Of a stretch of DNA of 64,000 bases, positions 48,848-58,221 are shown one piece after another (position 1 is the first letter of the stretch; each line of letters opens with the position of its first letter). The position numbers were made by a program, and so were the translations under genes. The DNA is from Gammaproteobacteria bacterium (GTDB lineage Bacteria > Pseudomonadota > Gammaproteobacteria > GCA-002705445 > GCA-002716945): NCBI GenBank assembly GCA_018667355.1, contig JABIVC010000016.1:175762-239761 (forward strand), read 5' to 3'. The notes under the pieces are model-generated. The model was given only the letters and a program-made list of their open reading frames with translations. It was not told the DNA's origin and did no database searches.

Positions 48848-50152
48848 ATGAACTTAACTATTAAAAAAATATTAACTGTTATTGGTATTATAAGTGTAAT
48901 AGGTGCTTTACCAGAGAATCTTTATGCAGCTGAAGCAGAGCTTTCTGGTCCAAACACTGCTTGGATTTTAACTTCTACAGCCCTCGTATTATTCATGACA
49001 ATCCCGGGATTGGCATTTTTTTATGGTGGACTGGTTCGTAGTAAAAATGTCCTTTCGGTACTTATGCAATGTTTTGCATTAACTTGCATGGTTTCAATCT
49101 TATGGGTTGTTGTATTATATGGCCTCGTGTTTGGCGATGGAGGCTCGATGAATTCAATTATTGGTGGGTTTGATAAACTGTTCATGTCAGGTGTAACTAA
49201 TCAAAGTCTTGCTGGAGATATACCGGAAACAGTTTTTTCAATGTTCCAATTAACTTTTGCAATTATCACACCTGCTTTAATTGTTGGAGGTTTTGCAGAA
49301 CGAATGAAATTTTCATCGATGCTTTTATTTAGTACTCTATGGATGATTTTTGTTTATGCACCTATTGCTCATATGGTATGGGGCGGTGGTTGGTTAGGTT
49401 CTATTGGTTTTATGGATTTTGCTGGAGGGGCAGTTGTACATATAAATGCAGGTGTTGCAGCTTTGATTGCAGCGATTATGCTCAGAGAACGAAAAGGTTT
49501 CCCTTCAACACCTATGCCGCCACATAATTTATCAATGACCGTTGCTGGAGCATCTATGTTGTGGGTCGGCTGGTTTGGTTTCAATGCAGGTTCTGCGCTA
49601 GCTGCCGATCAATCTGCAGGCATGGCGATGTTAGTTACTCATATTGGAGCTGCTGCTGGTTCTTTATCATGGATGGCAAGAGAATGGATAAAACAGGGCA
49701 AAGCAAGCGTTCTTGGTATTGTTACTGGCATGGTAGCAGGCTTAGGAACAATAACCCCGGCATCTGGCTTCGTAGGTCCTATGGGAGCTTTATTTATAGG
49801 CATAGCAGCAGGATTAGTTTGCTATGAAGCAACACAATATATTAAAAAAGTTCTAAAAATTGATGATTCTCTAGATGTATTCCCTGTCCATGGAGCTGGA
49901 GGAGTTCTGGGTACTCTGCTCACAGGCGTATTTGCAGCAACTAGTTTTGGTGGAATGGGAATGGATAATGCTATATCGACTCAAGTAAGTATACAGGTAA
50001 TAGGAATTATATTTACCATTCTATGGTGCAGTATATTCACATTCATCATTCTAAGATTTGTAGATAATATTCTAGGATTAAGGATTTCAGAAGATAATGA
50101 AGAAACAGGAATCGACTTATCTGAACATGGGGAGAGCAGCTATAATAATTAG
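48848..50152 (+). CDS. amt: Ammonium transporter
   Basis: Signal peptide plus 11 TM helices with Amt signature regions (DFAGGAVVHINAGVAAL, GWFGFNAGS). ATG at 48848 preceded by AAGGAG. The annotated TTG 48815 start is unlikely. Confidence 0.9.
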   Translation: MNLTIKKILTVIGIISVIGALPENLYAAEAELSGPNTAWILTSTALVLFMTIPGLAFFYGGLVRSKNVLSVLMQCFALTCMVSILWVVVLYGLVFGDGGSMNSIIGGFDKLFMSGVTNQSLAGDIPETVFSMFQLTFAIITPALIVGGFAERMKFSSMLLFSTLWMIFVYAPIAHMVWGGGWLGSIGFMDFAGGAVVHINAGVAALIAAIMLRERKGFPSTPMPPHNLSMTVAGASMLWVGWFGFNAGSALAADQSAGMAMLVTHIGAAAGSLSWMAREWIKQGKASVLGIVTGMVAGLGTITPASGFVGPMGALFIGIAAGLVCYEATQYIKKVLKIDDSLDVFPVHGAGGVLGTLLTGVFAATSFGGMGMDNAISTQVSIQVIGIIFTILWCSIFTFIILRFVDNILGLRISEDNEETGIDLSEHGESSYNN

Positions 50153-50209
50153 TTATGAGCAGGTATGTGAATATTTAGTACTAGCAACCTATGTTAGAAA
50201 TATATCTCA

Positions 50210-51031
50210 TTAAAGTGTGACCCTTATTACTTTTGTATTAATTTCTCCATCATCCCTTAATGAGATAATTCTATAACCAGGAGATTGAGATAAATCTATT
50301 GAGAACTTCTTTGATTTTGGTTTCGCTTGATAGCAAGTTGACGGTGTAGAGAAAAGAAGGGCCCCGTTATATTTAATAGATATTTCATCATGCACATGAC
50401 CCCATCCAATTCCTTTAATCTGAGTATGATTAATTCTATTTAGTAATTCATTAGAGTTCTCTATAATCATTGTATCCATAGATTCTGATCCTATTGGAAC
50501 AGGGTGATGATGAAGCATAATTAGTAAATATTTATCTTTATTATCATTTGTAATCTTGTCAAAACTAACTAATTCATGCTGATGTAAAATCCCATTTGGA
50601 GAGTTATCCTTTTTAGTATTAAACATAAAGATACCCCACTTGCCTAAGTTCGCATAATTCTGATATTTAAGATTATTTTTGTTAGTTATAAGTTCTATAC
50701 TATCGAGAGAATCATGATTACCAGACATGAGATAAATAGGACAATCAAAATTCTTCAAAAGATAACGAAGATTCTCATATGATGCTGTTGATCCGTCGTC
50801 AGACAAGTCTCCACTGAGAATAAGCATATCAAAATCCCTTTCATTTTTTTCAATTGCTCTGAGTACACTCTGTGCTGAATTAAATGTATTTATGTTATGC
50901 GCAGATACATTTCTATCTGCATGTAAGTGTAAATCTGTTATTTGTATAATATTTATCGTCACTTTATTCGGACCTCTGTAATTAAGAGTTATTTTAGCAA
51001 TAATTACATGAAAAATAGAAATTACCATCAT
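50210..51031 (-). CDS. Metallophosphoesterase, CpdA-like class III cyclic-nucleotide phosphodiesterase family
   Basis: Calcineurin-like motifs ITDLHLH, LSGDLSDDG, SGNHDS, LHHHP and GWGHVHD. N-terminal start uncertain. Confidence 0.75.
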   Translation of the reverse strand: MMVISIFHVIIAKITLNYRGPNKVTINIIQITDLHLHADRNVSAHNINTFNSAQSVLRAIEKNERDFDMLILSGDLSDDGSTASYENLRYLLKNFDCPIYLMSGNHDSLDSIELITNKNNLKYQNYANLGKWGIFMFNTKKDNSPNGILHQHELVSFDKITNDNKDKYLLIMLHHHPVPIGSESMDTMIIENSNELLNRINHTQIKGIGWGHVHDEISIKYNGALLFSTPSTCYQAKPKSKKFSIDLSQSPGYRIISLRDDGEINTKVIRVTL

Positions 51032-51075
51032 AATATGTTTTGACAGTCGAAAAACTATGATATATTACCAAAAAT

Positions 51076-51324
51076 ATGAAAAAAGATACTCATCCAAATT
51101 ATCAGCCAATTATATTTCATGATGTAACATGCAATAAAAGCTTTCTGATATCATCTACTTTAAATCCTAAGGAAACGATGGAATATGAGGATGGCAAGGA
51201 GTATCCAGTCTATAAAATAGAAACTTCATCAGAATCCCATCCTTTCTACACAGGAAAGGGGCGTATTGAAACTAAAGAAGGGCGTATCGCCAAATTCAGA
51301 AAAAAGTATACTTCTTCCAAGTAA
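51076..51324 (+). CDS. rpmE2: 50S ribosomal protein L31 type B (non-zinc-ribbon paralog)
   Basis: MKKDTHPNYQPIIFHDVTCNKSFLISST...HPFYTGKGRI, with a single Cys instead of the CxxC pairs of type A. Confidence 0.85.
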   Translation: MKKDTHPNYQPIIFHDVTCNKSFLISSTLNPKETMEYEDGKEYPVYKIETSSESHPFYTGKGRIETKEGRIAKFRKKYTSSK

Positions 51325-51334
51325 ATCAAGTTTT

Positions 51335-51357
51335 AGACCATCATCAGGTCTTATTTT
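51335..51357 (+). terminator. Weak intrinsic terminator after rpmE2
   Basis: AGACC-atcatca-GGTCT stem followed by a TATTTT tract. Confidence 0.35.
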
Positions 51358-51540
51358 AACTGCTGTTAAACCCTAAATTAGCTCTTTAATATTTATTGTA
51401 ATATTTAGTTGACTTATCCTTTTTCTTAAATTACTGTTATATACATAAGATGGACAAAGTATTAATATATTAGACAAAACTTATATAAGGAATACTTTGT
51501 ACATATAAATATAGACATAGTTCAAACAAAGGAGGATATT

Positions 51541-52734
51541 ATGTTAACAATATTTGCAAACATTAAATATTTGCTAGCTCCAGTACTTATTCTTGTGACT
51601 TTCGCAGGTGTATTGGCTGGCGGAGTATTCGCATGGTTGGGTGTAGCTCTACTTTTCGTAGGTATCATTATCGATACGTTGATTAAGAGACAGGCATCAA
51701 GCCAAATGCACAGTGATTCTGGTGAAACACTAGCAAGTCCAGCATTTCAAAATTTGGTAATGTATTTCATGTTACCAGTATTTGTACTGCTACAATTTGC
51801 TCTTGCATGGCGAGTATATGGCTTCATGTCAGGTATGCCAGTAGAAGTAACATCTCTATGGTTAGGCTTAATTCCAGTAACCTCAGGAATTACAGGTCTT
51901 GATCTTATAGGTGCAACACTATCAACGGGTATATTTGCTGGAATAGGTATAATTTATGGTCATGAATTATCACACTGCAAAGGTTTTGCCTTCATCATTT
52001 CAAGAATGACGATGGGATTATCTGGGTCAGCACATTTCTGCTACGCACATGTATACAATCATCACCTAGAACTTGCTAGTGAAGATGATCCTGCAACTGC
52101 TCCACGTGGACGCACAATCTATGGACATTATTTACTATCATATTTAGGTCAGTCTAAATTTGTGTTTAATATGGAAAAAGAGAGATTAGCTCGCATGAAC
52201 GTATCTTTCATTTCATGGCAAAACCGTTGGATTCGTGGTTATCTAATGTCAGTACCTTCAGTAGCATTATTTTTTGCAGCTGGTGGCTGGGTCGGAGTAT
52301 CTGCATTAGCAGTAGTATGGGTTGTTTCAAACTTTGAATTAGAAGCTTTGAACTATCTTGAACACTATGGCTTAATACGCGTGAAAGATCAGCCTATTGA
52401 CTATCGTCATAACTGGGATAACAACACATTATTCACAAGTTGGTTCTTTATCGAAATTGGTCGTCAAGCTGACCACCATGATCGTGGAGAAACACACTTC
52501 TGGGAACTTGAAAATGTAGGCGCACCTAACACAGGTTGGGGCTACTTTACAATCTTCGCACTTGCACTAGTACCGCCAATATGGCACTGGTACATGCGTA
52601 AAAGGTTAGCAACATGGGACGAAAAATTCGCAACTATCGAAGAGAAAGCGATTGCTACAAGAATCAACAAAGAAGTTGGTTACGAAGGCACGAGCTTTGA
52701 TGGTGACGAGTTATCTTTTCCTGTAGAGAACTAA
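51541..52734 (+). CDS. Integral-membrane di-iron alkane-1-monooxygenase (AlkB)-family hydroxylase
   Basis: His boxes HELSHCK, AHFCYAHVYNHH and DHHDRGETH, plus the AlkB-type motif NYLEHYGL (cf. NYIEHYGL). Multiple TM helices. Confidence 0.7.
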   Translation: MLTIFANIKYLLAPVLILVTFAGVLAGGVFAWLGVALLFVGIIIDTLIKRQASSQMHSDSGETLASPAFQNLVMYFMLPVFVLLQFALAWRVYGFMSGMPVEVTSLWLGLIPVTSGITGLDLIGATLSTGIFAGIGIIYGHELSHCKGFAFIISRMTMGLSGSAHFCYAHVYNHHLELASEDDPATAPRGRTIYGHYLLSYLGQSKFVFNMEKERLARMNVSFISWQNRWIRGYLMSVPSVALFFAAGGWVGVSALAVVWVVSNFELEALNYLEHYGLIRVKDQPIDYRHNWDNNTLFTSWFFIEIGRQADHHDRGETHFWELENVGAPNTGWGYFTIFALALVPPIWHWYMRKRLATWDEKFATIEEKAIATRINKEVGYEGTSFDGDELSFPVEN

Positions 52735-52766
52735 GCAAGGACGCAAAATATTACAAGGATGTAATG

Positions 52767-52797
52767 GTGACCCCTCTCACGAGGGGTCATTTTTTTT
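52767..52797 (+). terminator. Rho-independent terminator after the AlkB-like gene
   Basis: TGACCCCTC-tcac-GAGGGGTCA perfect 9-bp GC-rich stem followed by T8. Confidence 0.8.
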
Positions 52798-52798
52798 G

Positions 52799-53203
52799 TT
52801 AATAATGCAATTGTATATTTCTTACAATACCCTTGTGAATATATGAACACCATGCACACTTATACTTAAGACCAATATTACATGTGAGTTTATAAACAAC
52901 TTCATCTACATCGCTATCCTTAACCTTGTTAAGATTAAATTTAATATAGTAGGTGTCAGGGTTACTTATATGTTGATGTGAACATGATAAGTTTCCCACA
53001 TATCCTTTCGTAGGTGTATTACACAAATACTCTCTAATATCATTATTTACTTTTACTGTAGGCAAGAGTGATTTATCACTATGGCTACTAAAAGTTAAAA
53101 CAATACATACATAAGATGTATCAGCACAAGAGTCTTTTATGATTAAATCATTTATAACTCTTGTGAAAATAGCATCAGATGAAATATCTGATTTAATTTT
53201 CAT
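52799..53203 (-). CDS. Cysteine-rich hypothetical protein (134 aa)
   Basis: 11 Cys including a CAWC pair. No recognisable family, and no obvious TM helix or signal peptide. RBS AGGAGAAGG upstream. Confidence 0.45.
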   Translation of the reverse strand: MKIKSDISSDAIFTRVINDLIIKDSCADTSYVCIVLTFSSHSDKSLLPTVKVNNDIREYLCNTPTKGYVGNLSCSHQHISNPDTYYIKFNLNKVKDSDVDEVVYKLTCNIGLKYKCAWCSYIHKGIVRNIQLHY

Positions 53204-53270
53204 TTCCTTCTCCTCTTTAGTGTTTTACCTGATCGGGTATTGGCCACAAGCTGAAGATCAACTGCCAAAA

Positions 53271-53302
53271 AAAACCACCATGCGCTAATGCATTGGTGGT
53301 AA
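53271..53302 (-). terminator. Rho-independent terminator (minus strand) for the fatty-acid-hydroxylase gene
   Basis: On the minus strand: CCACCAATGC-attagc-GCATGGTGG followed by T7 (A-run 53271-53277 on plus). Confidence 0.65.
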
Positions 53303-53397
53303 ACCGATCGCTTTAGCTATTTAACGCCGGCAAGCTGAATAATTCAAAACGGCGTAATTTCATTACATCAAATAAAGGTGTTAGTGTCAATTACATT

Positions 53398-54174
53398 TTA
53401 TGTATTAAATGGATGTTTAATATTCTGTATGATTCCTAATTCTTTGCTTCTATCATCCAAACCCATTACTTTCCTGTCCTCCTTTGTTGCATCTTTGTAA
53501 GTAAAAAATATCATATCCCATATTGTCAAAATAGAGGTATAATTTGCATCCCTTGATAACTTTTCTAGAGTATGATGATTTGCATGATATTCTGGTGTCA
53601 CAATAAATCGTTTTAATATTTTATTAGAATTTTGTGAGAGCTTAATATTTGAGTGATGAAATTGATTACATGCAGATAATAGAATTTCATAAAAGATAAA
53701 AACTGAAATTGGCATTCCTATGGCTAATATTAATATTGTTTTATATATAGATGATAAAAGTAACTCACCGAAATGAAATCTTAATGATGTAGTTACATCT
53801 AAATGGGTATCAAGATGATGAACCGAGTGAAATCTCCATAAAAAAGAATTTGTATGATTAAGTCTGTGCCACCAATAGTATGCTAGATCTAGTAATATCA
53901 TTCCTACAAATGCTTGCCCCAAAAAACTAAGATCAAGCATGCCAAGTAATCCATAATTATTTTCTGACATTAACATTAAAGCAGGGATTATTAAAAATAT
54001 AGTTGGAATTCTTATTATAAGGGTATTGATAACTGCCAATTTAAAGTGGAATAATAACCTAAAAAACCGTTTGGTTCCCCATGTTCTTTCTGAATAATAT
54101 GATTCAATGATGAATAATATTATAAAAAACAGTACAAAAAACATGAGTTTAATATTAGAGAGTATTTCTATCAT
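53398..54174 (-). CDS. Fatty acid hydroxylase / sterol desaturase superfamily membrane protein
   Basis: His boxes HRLNH, HSVHH and HANHH in a 4-TM protein. Confidence 0.7.
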   Translation of the reverse strand: MIEILSNIKLMFFVLFFIILFIIESYYSERTWGTKRFFRLLFHFKLAVINTLIIRIPTIFLIIPALMLMSENNYGLLGMLDLSFLGQAFVGMILLDLAYYWWHRLNHTNSFLWRFHSVHHLDTHLDVTTSLRFHFGELLLSSIYKTILILAIGMPISVFIFYEILLSACNQFHHSNIKLSQNSNKILKRFIVTPEYHANHHTLEKLSRDANYTSILTIWDMIFFTYKDATKEDRKVMGLDDRSKELGIIQNIKHPFNT

Positions 54175-54239
54175 TATTCATACTACCATCTAATGGATAA
54201 GAAGGTCATTATATAATATACTAAAATAGACCAATTATT

Positions 54240-55028
54240 ATGGAAAATATTATGGCAAATAAAAGTGAAAGACATAGGTTAAGCTTAATAATTGCAACCC
54301 TAGGACCTTCGACAGATAATGAAAAAGAATTGATTACAATGATTACAGCTGGCATTGCCAGGCAGTGGACAGATGGGGTTGATATAGCACGTGTTGTTTA
54401 TAATGATGGAGAATCTACTGTAATTAATAGAGTAAATATATTTAGAGATCAATGCGCGAAGAGAAGCTTTAATACAAGTATTTATCTAGATATTGATGAT
54501 ATAAATGCAGAAAATTTTGAAAAGTATCTGTCATTCGCAAAGACTATTAAACCAAAATATATTTCTATTCCTAAAACATTCGGTTTAGATTGTATTAATA
54601 AAGCCAAACAGAATTGTGATGATAACACTCTTGTTGGGGTTAGAGTTAGAAAAGAGGACGATATATCTGATATTGAAAGCTATCTGGATGTCTCTAATTT
54701 TATAATGGTAGAGTTAGAATCAAAACAAATAGTTGATGAAAAAATAGTAGAGAAGGCTAAGCAAAATAGTTGTGAGCCAATATATTTAGCCAAAATGCCA
54801 ACATTAATGAAAGGTCAGGTTCAATCAAGAGATGAAAATTTTGAAATAGGACATACGCTAGAGGAAGGCTTTGATATTGTTGCGCTATATGAGGAAACGT
54901 CAAATGGACCTTATGCTGCAAGATCAGTTAAATGCTTAGATGAGATTGCTGTAGAGTCAGAGAAACTTCGCGTTAATCCATTTTCTGAACTCATGGATAA
55001 ACTATTAAGTTTTTTTAAAAAACAATAA
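54240..55028 (+). CDS. Pyruvate-kinase-barrel-like protein, truncated and apparently catalytically degenerate
   Basis: LSLIIATLGPST (cf. PK KIVCTIGPAS), IMVELES (cf. IMVARGDLG) and EETSNGPYAARSV (cf. GETAKGKYPLEAV). Only ~262 aa, and the key Lys/Glu/Asp/Thr ligands are not conserved. Confidence 0.4.
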   Translation: MENIMANKSERHRLSLIIATLGPSTDNEKELITMITAGIARQWTDGVDIARVVYNDGESTVINRVNIFRDQCAKRSFNTSIYLDIDDINAENFEKYLSFAKTIKPKYISIPKTFGLDCINKAKQNCDDNTLVGVRVRKEDDISDIESYLDVSNFIMVELESKQIVDEKIVEKAKQNSCEPIYLAKMPTLMKGQVQSRDENFEIGHTLEEGFDIVALYEETSNGPYAARSVKCLDEIAVESEKLRVNPFSELMDKLLSFFKKQ

Positions 55029-55032
55029 TCTG

Positions 55033-55371
55033 TTAACCAGGTGGCCAGCCAAAATTCCTTCCAGCTAATATATGTAGATGCAGATGGAAAACAGTCTGCC
55101 CTGCCTCAGAACCATTATTAATAACAACTCTGAAGTCTTTAATTTCAAACTTACTTGTTATTTTTTTAACCACCAATAATAAGTGTCCAAGCAAATCTTG
55201 ATCATCTTCACTGGTATCGCTTAATTTTTTAATGTCTTTTTTGGGTATCACGAGAATATGGGTTGGAGCTTCAGGACTAATATCATTGAAGGCAATTGCT
55301 ATATCATCTTCATATATTATCTCTGCAGGAATTTCCTTGTTAATAATTTTTAAAAAAATATTGTCAGTCAT
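55033..55371 (-). CDS. HIT-family nucleotide hydrolase (HinT-like)
   Basis: Histidine triad FHLHLHILAG, 112 aa. Confidence 0.85.
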   Translation of the reverse strand: MTDNIFLKIINKEIPAEIIYEDDIAIAFNDISPEAPTHILVIPKKDIKKLSDTSEDDQDLLGHLLLVVKKITSKFEIKDFRVVINNGSEAGQTVFHLHLHILAGRNFGWPPG

Positions 55372-55373
55372 AG

Positions 55374-55595
55374 TTATTTTAGATTTTTTAAATACTCATG
55401 TTTCAGGTTTTCTAAGTCTTCACTAGACATTGCCCCATCCTTTTTAGAATCTCTATTCTTCATTAGAAGCTCAGATAATAGTCTATTGGTCTCTTGTTGA
55501 AGTTTAATGAGCTTTTTAAAGAAAACTATACCATTTAACAGCGTCAGTATAACCATAGTAAGTAATAATAGTTGTATTAGATTGAAGTCATTCAT
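55374..55595 (-). CDS. Small single-TM hypothetical protein
   Basis: 73 aa, N-terminal TM helix then a charged coiled region. Coupled between bcp and the HIT gene. Confidence 0.35.
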   Translation of the reverse strand: MNDFNLIQLLLLTMVILTLLNGIVFFKKLIKLQQETNRLLSELLMKNRDSKKDGAMSSEDLENLKHEYLKNLK

Positions 55596-56056
55596 TTTAA
55601 TTCTTTAATTTTTTTTACTACTTCTTCAACGTGACCATTAACTTTTACATTTCTCCAAATATGGAGAACTTTTAAATTTTTACTAATCAGAAATGTGCTT
55701 CTATCTATGCCCATATATTTTCTTCCATATAAAGATTTCTCTTTAATTACATCAAACATATTGCAAAGATTTTCATCTTCATCAGCAATTAGAGGAAATT
55801 TAAATGAATATTTGTCAATAAACTTCGAATGCTTTTTTAAATTATCTCTAGAAACTCCAACTACATTCCATCCGACCCTTTTAATTTTTAGCAAATTATC
55901 ATTAAATTCAATACTTTCAGTAGTACAGCCAGGAGTCATATCTTTTGGATAAAAATAAATTATCAAGTTTTTTGCAAGATAATCTGATAGTTTATTTTTA
56001 TTATCCGTTGTGATAATTGATATATCTTTTATTTTTGAGCCAATTTCTATTTTCAT
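55592..56056 (-). CDS. bcp: Thiol peroxidase Bcp/PrxQ (peroxiredoxin)
   Basis: Peroxidatic Cys motif YPKDMTPGCTTES (cf. PKD.TPGCT.E), 154 aa. Confidence 0.85.
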   Translation of the reverse strand: MKIEIGSKIKDISIITTDNKNKLSDYLAKNLIIYFYPKDMTPGCTTESIEFNDNLLKIKRVGWNVVGVSRDNLKKHSKFIDKYSFKFPLIADEDENLCNMFDVIKEKSLYGRKYMGIDRSTFLISKNLKVLHIWRNVKVNGHVEEVVKKIKELK

Positions 56057-56061
56057 ATTAT

Positions 56062-56253
56062 TTATTCATCTATTGTTATTTCTCGAGCTTCTTGTATCAG
56101 CATTACAGGTATATTATCTCTTATTGGGTAAGCTAATTTTGAGTCTTTGGAGATAAGCTCATTAGTTTCTTTCGAGTAATTCAGTTTGCCACCAGACTTA
56201 GGACAGACCAATATATCTAATAAATATTTATCCATAATTAAATAATTTATCAT
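56062..56253 (-). CDS. Trm112/YcaR-like small protein (UPF0434)
   Basis: [14 protein letters not shown]...[10 protein letters not shown] matches the Trm112 family. Confidence 0.75.
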   Translation of the reverse strand: MINYLIMDKYLLDILVCPKSGGKLNYSKETNELISKDSKLAYPIRDNIPVMLIQEAREITIDE

Positions 56254-56313
56254 ATATTATGAATTATCGACAATATTTATGAATATTATTTATTTTAGTC
56301 TATAATAATTGAA

Positions 56314-56802
56314 ATGAAAAAAAATATCGCATTATTATTGTTTATATTTCTCGCTGTTAATACTTCTCATGCCTTTATGACGGGTGTTGAGCCTAGCAAG
56401 GATGGTGGTGCAGCTGTTGAACTTATCTCTGGTGTTATTCATATGGCACCTCCTGGAAGTAATGTAAATGCAGGTTATGGTATATTAAGAAACAATACTA
56501 AAAATGATATTAAGTTAAAGAGTTTTAGGTCACCTGTCTTTGATACGACTGAAGCTCATGCAATGGAATATTCTGATAACGGCACTGCTAGAATGATACA
56601 TCTTAAAGAAGTAGTAATACCTGCTAATGGCGAAATAGTATTTGAAAGTGGTGGCCTTCATTTTATGTTTATTGGTAAACGAAGAGATCTTTCGCTCAAT
56701 GAAGAGATTCTTGTTATCACAAGAGATGACCGTGAAGTCAGATACATGCTTAATATGAAAGTGATAGACTCAAGGGCTGAAAATCATCATCATATGCACT
56801 AG
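56314..56802 (+). CDS. Periplasmic copper chaperone PCu(A)C (DUF461)
   Basis: Signal peptide, H...M (HAMEY) and GGLHFMFIG motifs, and a His-rich C-terminal tail AENHHHMH. Confidence 0.7.
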   Translation: MKKNIALLLFIFLAVNTSHAFMTGVEPSKDGGAAVELISGVIHMAPPGSNVNAGYGILRNNTKNDIKLKSFRSPVFDTTEAHAMEYSDNGTARMIHLKEVVIPANGEIVFESGGLHFMFIGKRRDLSLNEEILVITRDDREVRYMLNMKVIDSRAENHHHMH

Positions 56803-57467
56803 ACCCAACGTCGAACTGATTTTTTATAATTAATATATGATTGACTAAATTTTTCTTCTAGATATTTCTCTTCTGGAATAATTACATAATATTTTAATAC
56901 TATATATGTAAATAATGTGAAGAAAACAATATGAACCATGCTCAATAGCATACCCATTCCTATCTGTATTAATAACATTGCAAGGTACATTGGATTCCTA
57001 GAATAGCCATAAATACTTCTAAAGATTATGAGCTCAGTGGAGGACGTGGGAATAGGATTCTCATTAGCCTTATTAAATGCATTAAGGGATATAGAGAATA
57101 TTACTAATGATATAATTATTAATAGTAACCCAATCCCTGAGTGACGGAATAAGTCAAATAATTCTGGTACTTTATATAATTGTAGATGATACATATTGAG
57201 TGTTGAAAAAGTAAATCCAGCGTTAATGAAGAACAATAAGATAATAGGAGGGAAAGATATAACAGATGCATGTCCTGTATTATCTCTTGGATAATAATAA
57301 TAATGTATTAGGAAGATAGCCAGAAACATTGGTAGTGATGCCTGAAGTGATAACATAAATGCTTCTTCTATAATCATTTGATCATTCCCCAGATACCAAG
57401 TAAAAAAATGATAGTAGTTTTTTAGCGAAAAAATAATTAATATATAGATTATTAGTTTTTTAAACAT
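56799..57467 (-). CDS. ICMT/phospholipid-methyltransferase-family membrane methyltransferase
   Basis: Multi-TM protein with the RNPMY motif (YSRNPMYLAMLL) characteristic of isoprenylcysteine carboxyl methyltransferase-like enzymes. Confidence 0.65.
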   Translation of the reverse strand: MFKKLIIYILIIFSLKNYYHFFTWYLGNDQMIIEEAFMLSLQASLPMFLAIFLIHYYYYPRDNTGHASVISFPPIILLFFINAGFTFSTLNMYHLQLYKVPELFDLFRHSGIGLLLIIISLVIFSISLNAFNKANENPIPTSSTELIIFRSIYGYSRNPMYLAMLLIQIGMGMLLSMVHIVFFTLFTYIVLKYYVIIPEEKYLEEKFSQSYINYKKSVRRWV

Positions 57468-58221
57468 TTTTTGATATATCTAAATAATTTTGCACAGTTA
57501 ATGTTTCAGGTCTAGCAGAAGGATTGATAGATAATTTATTTAATAAATCATCATGAATTATTCCTCTCAAAGATGTCTTTATCATTTTTCTTCTTGCAGT
57601 GAAAACCATCGTCACTAAGTCTTTAAACTTTTTCTCATGTAATATATCTTTGAATGCATAATTTCTTGGGATTAATCTTATATATCCAGATTCAACTTTT
57701 GGCTTAGGAATGAATACATTAGGGGAAATATCAAATAATTTTTTTACCATAAAATATACCTGAGTCATAATACTTAATCTCCCATAAATTTTTGTACCTG
57801 GATTTGCCACTATCCGGTCTACTACTTCTTTTTGTAGCATAAAATGTATATCTTTAATATTTTTTGAGTATGGTAATAATTTAAATATTATTTCTGTGGA
57901 AATGTTATATGGAAGATTACCTATTATGCGCATATTACTTTTTATAATATTAGATAAATCACATTTTAGGATATCCTGATTAATAACTTTTACTTGATTT
58001 GAATTATATTGATTTTCAAGATATGGTACTAAATCCTTATCTTTTTCTATTAGGGTGATATTTTTAATTTTTTCAATCAATGGCGTAGTTAATGCACCTT
58101 CGCCTGGGCCTATTTCTAGAAATAAATCATCTTTATTTAGTTCAAAACTATTAATGATTTTGTTAATGACATTCTTGTCATGCAAAAAATTTTGACCAAG
58201 CCTTTTTTTATGTTTTCGCAT
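57460..58221 (-). CDS. rsmA: 16S rRNA (adenine1518/1519-N6)-dimethyltransferase
   Basis: KRLGQNFLHD N-terminus, SAM-binding EIGPGEGALT, NLPYNIST motif. Confidence 0.9.
   Translation of the reverse strand: MRKHKKRLGQNFLHDKNVINKIINSFELNKDDLFLEIGPGEGALTTPLIEKIKNITLIEKDKDLVPYLENQYNSNQVKVINQDILKCDLSNIIKSNMRIIGNLPYNISTEIIFKLLPYSKNIKDIHFMLQKEVVDRIVANPGTKIYGRLSIMTQVYFMVKKLFDISPNVFIPKPKVESGYIRLIPRNYAFKDILHEKKFKDLVTMVFTARRKMIKTSLRGIIHDDLLNKLSINPSARPETLTVQNYLDISKNV

Noticed and set aside
49339-49827. Several short Cys/Trp-rich ORFs on both strands
   Set aside because: All lie inside the amt coding region and are out-of-frame artefacts.
53204-53397. Relatively GC-rich 190-nt intergenic segment considered as a small RNA gene (SRP/6S-like)
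   Set aside because: No SRP domain-IV or 6S motifs. The hairpin plus T-run is more simply explained as the minus-strand terminator of the fatty-acid-hydroxylase gene followed by the promoter/RBS of the Cys-rich ORF.
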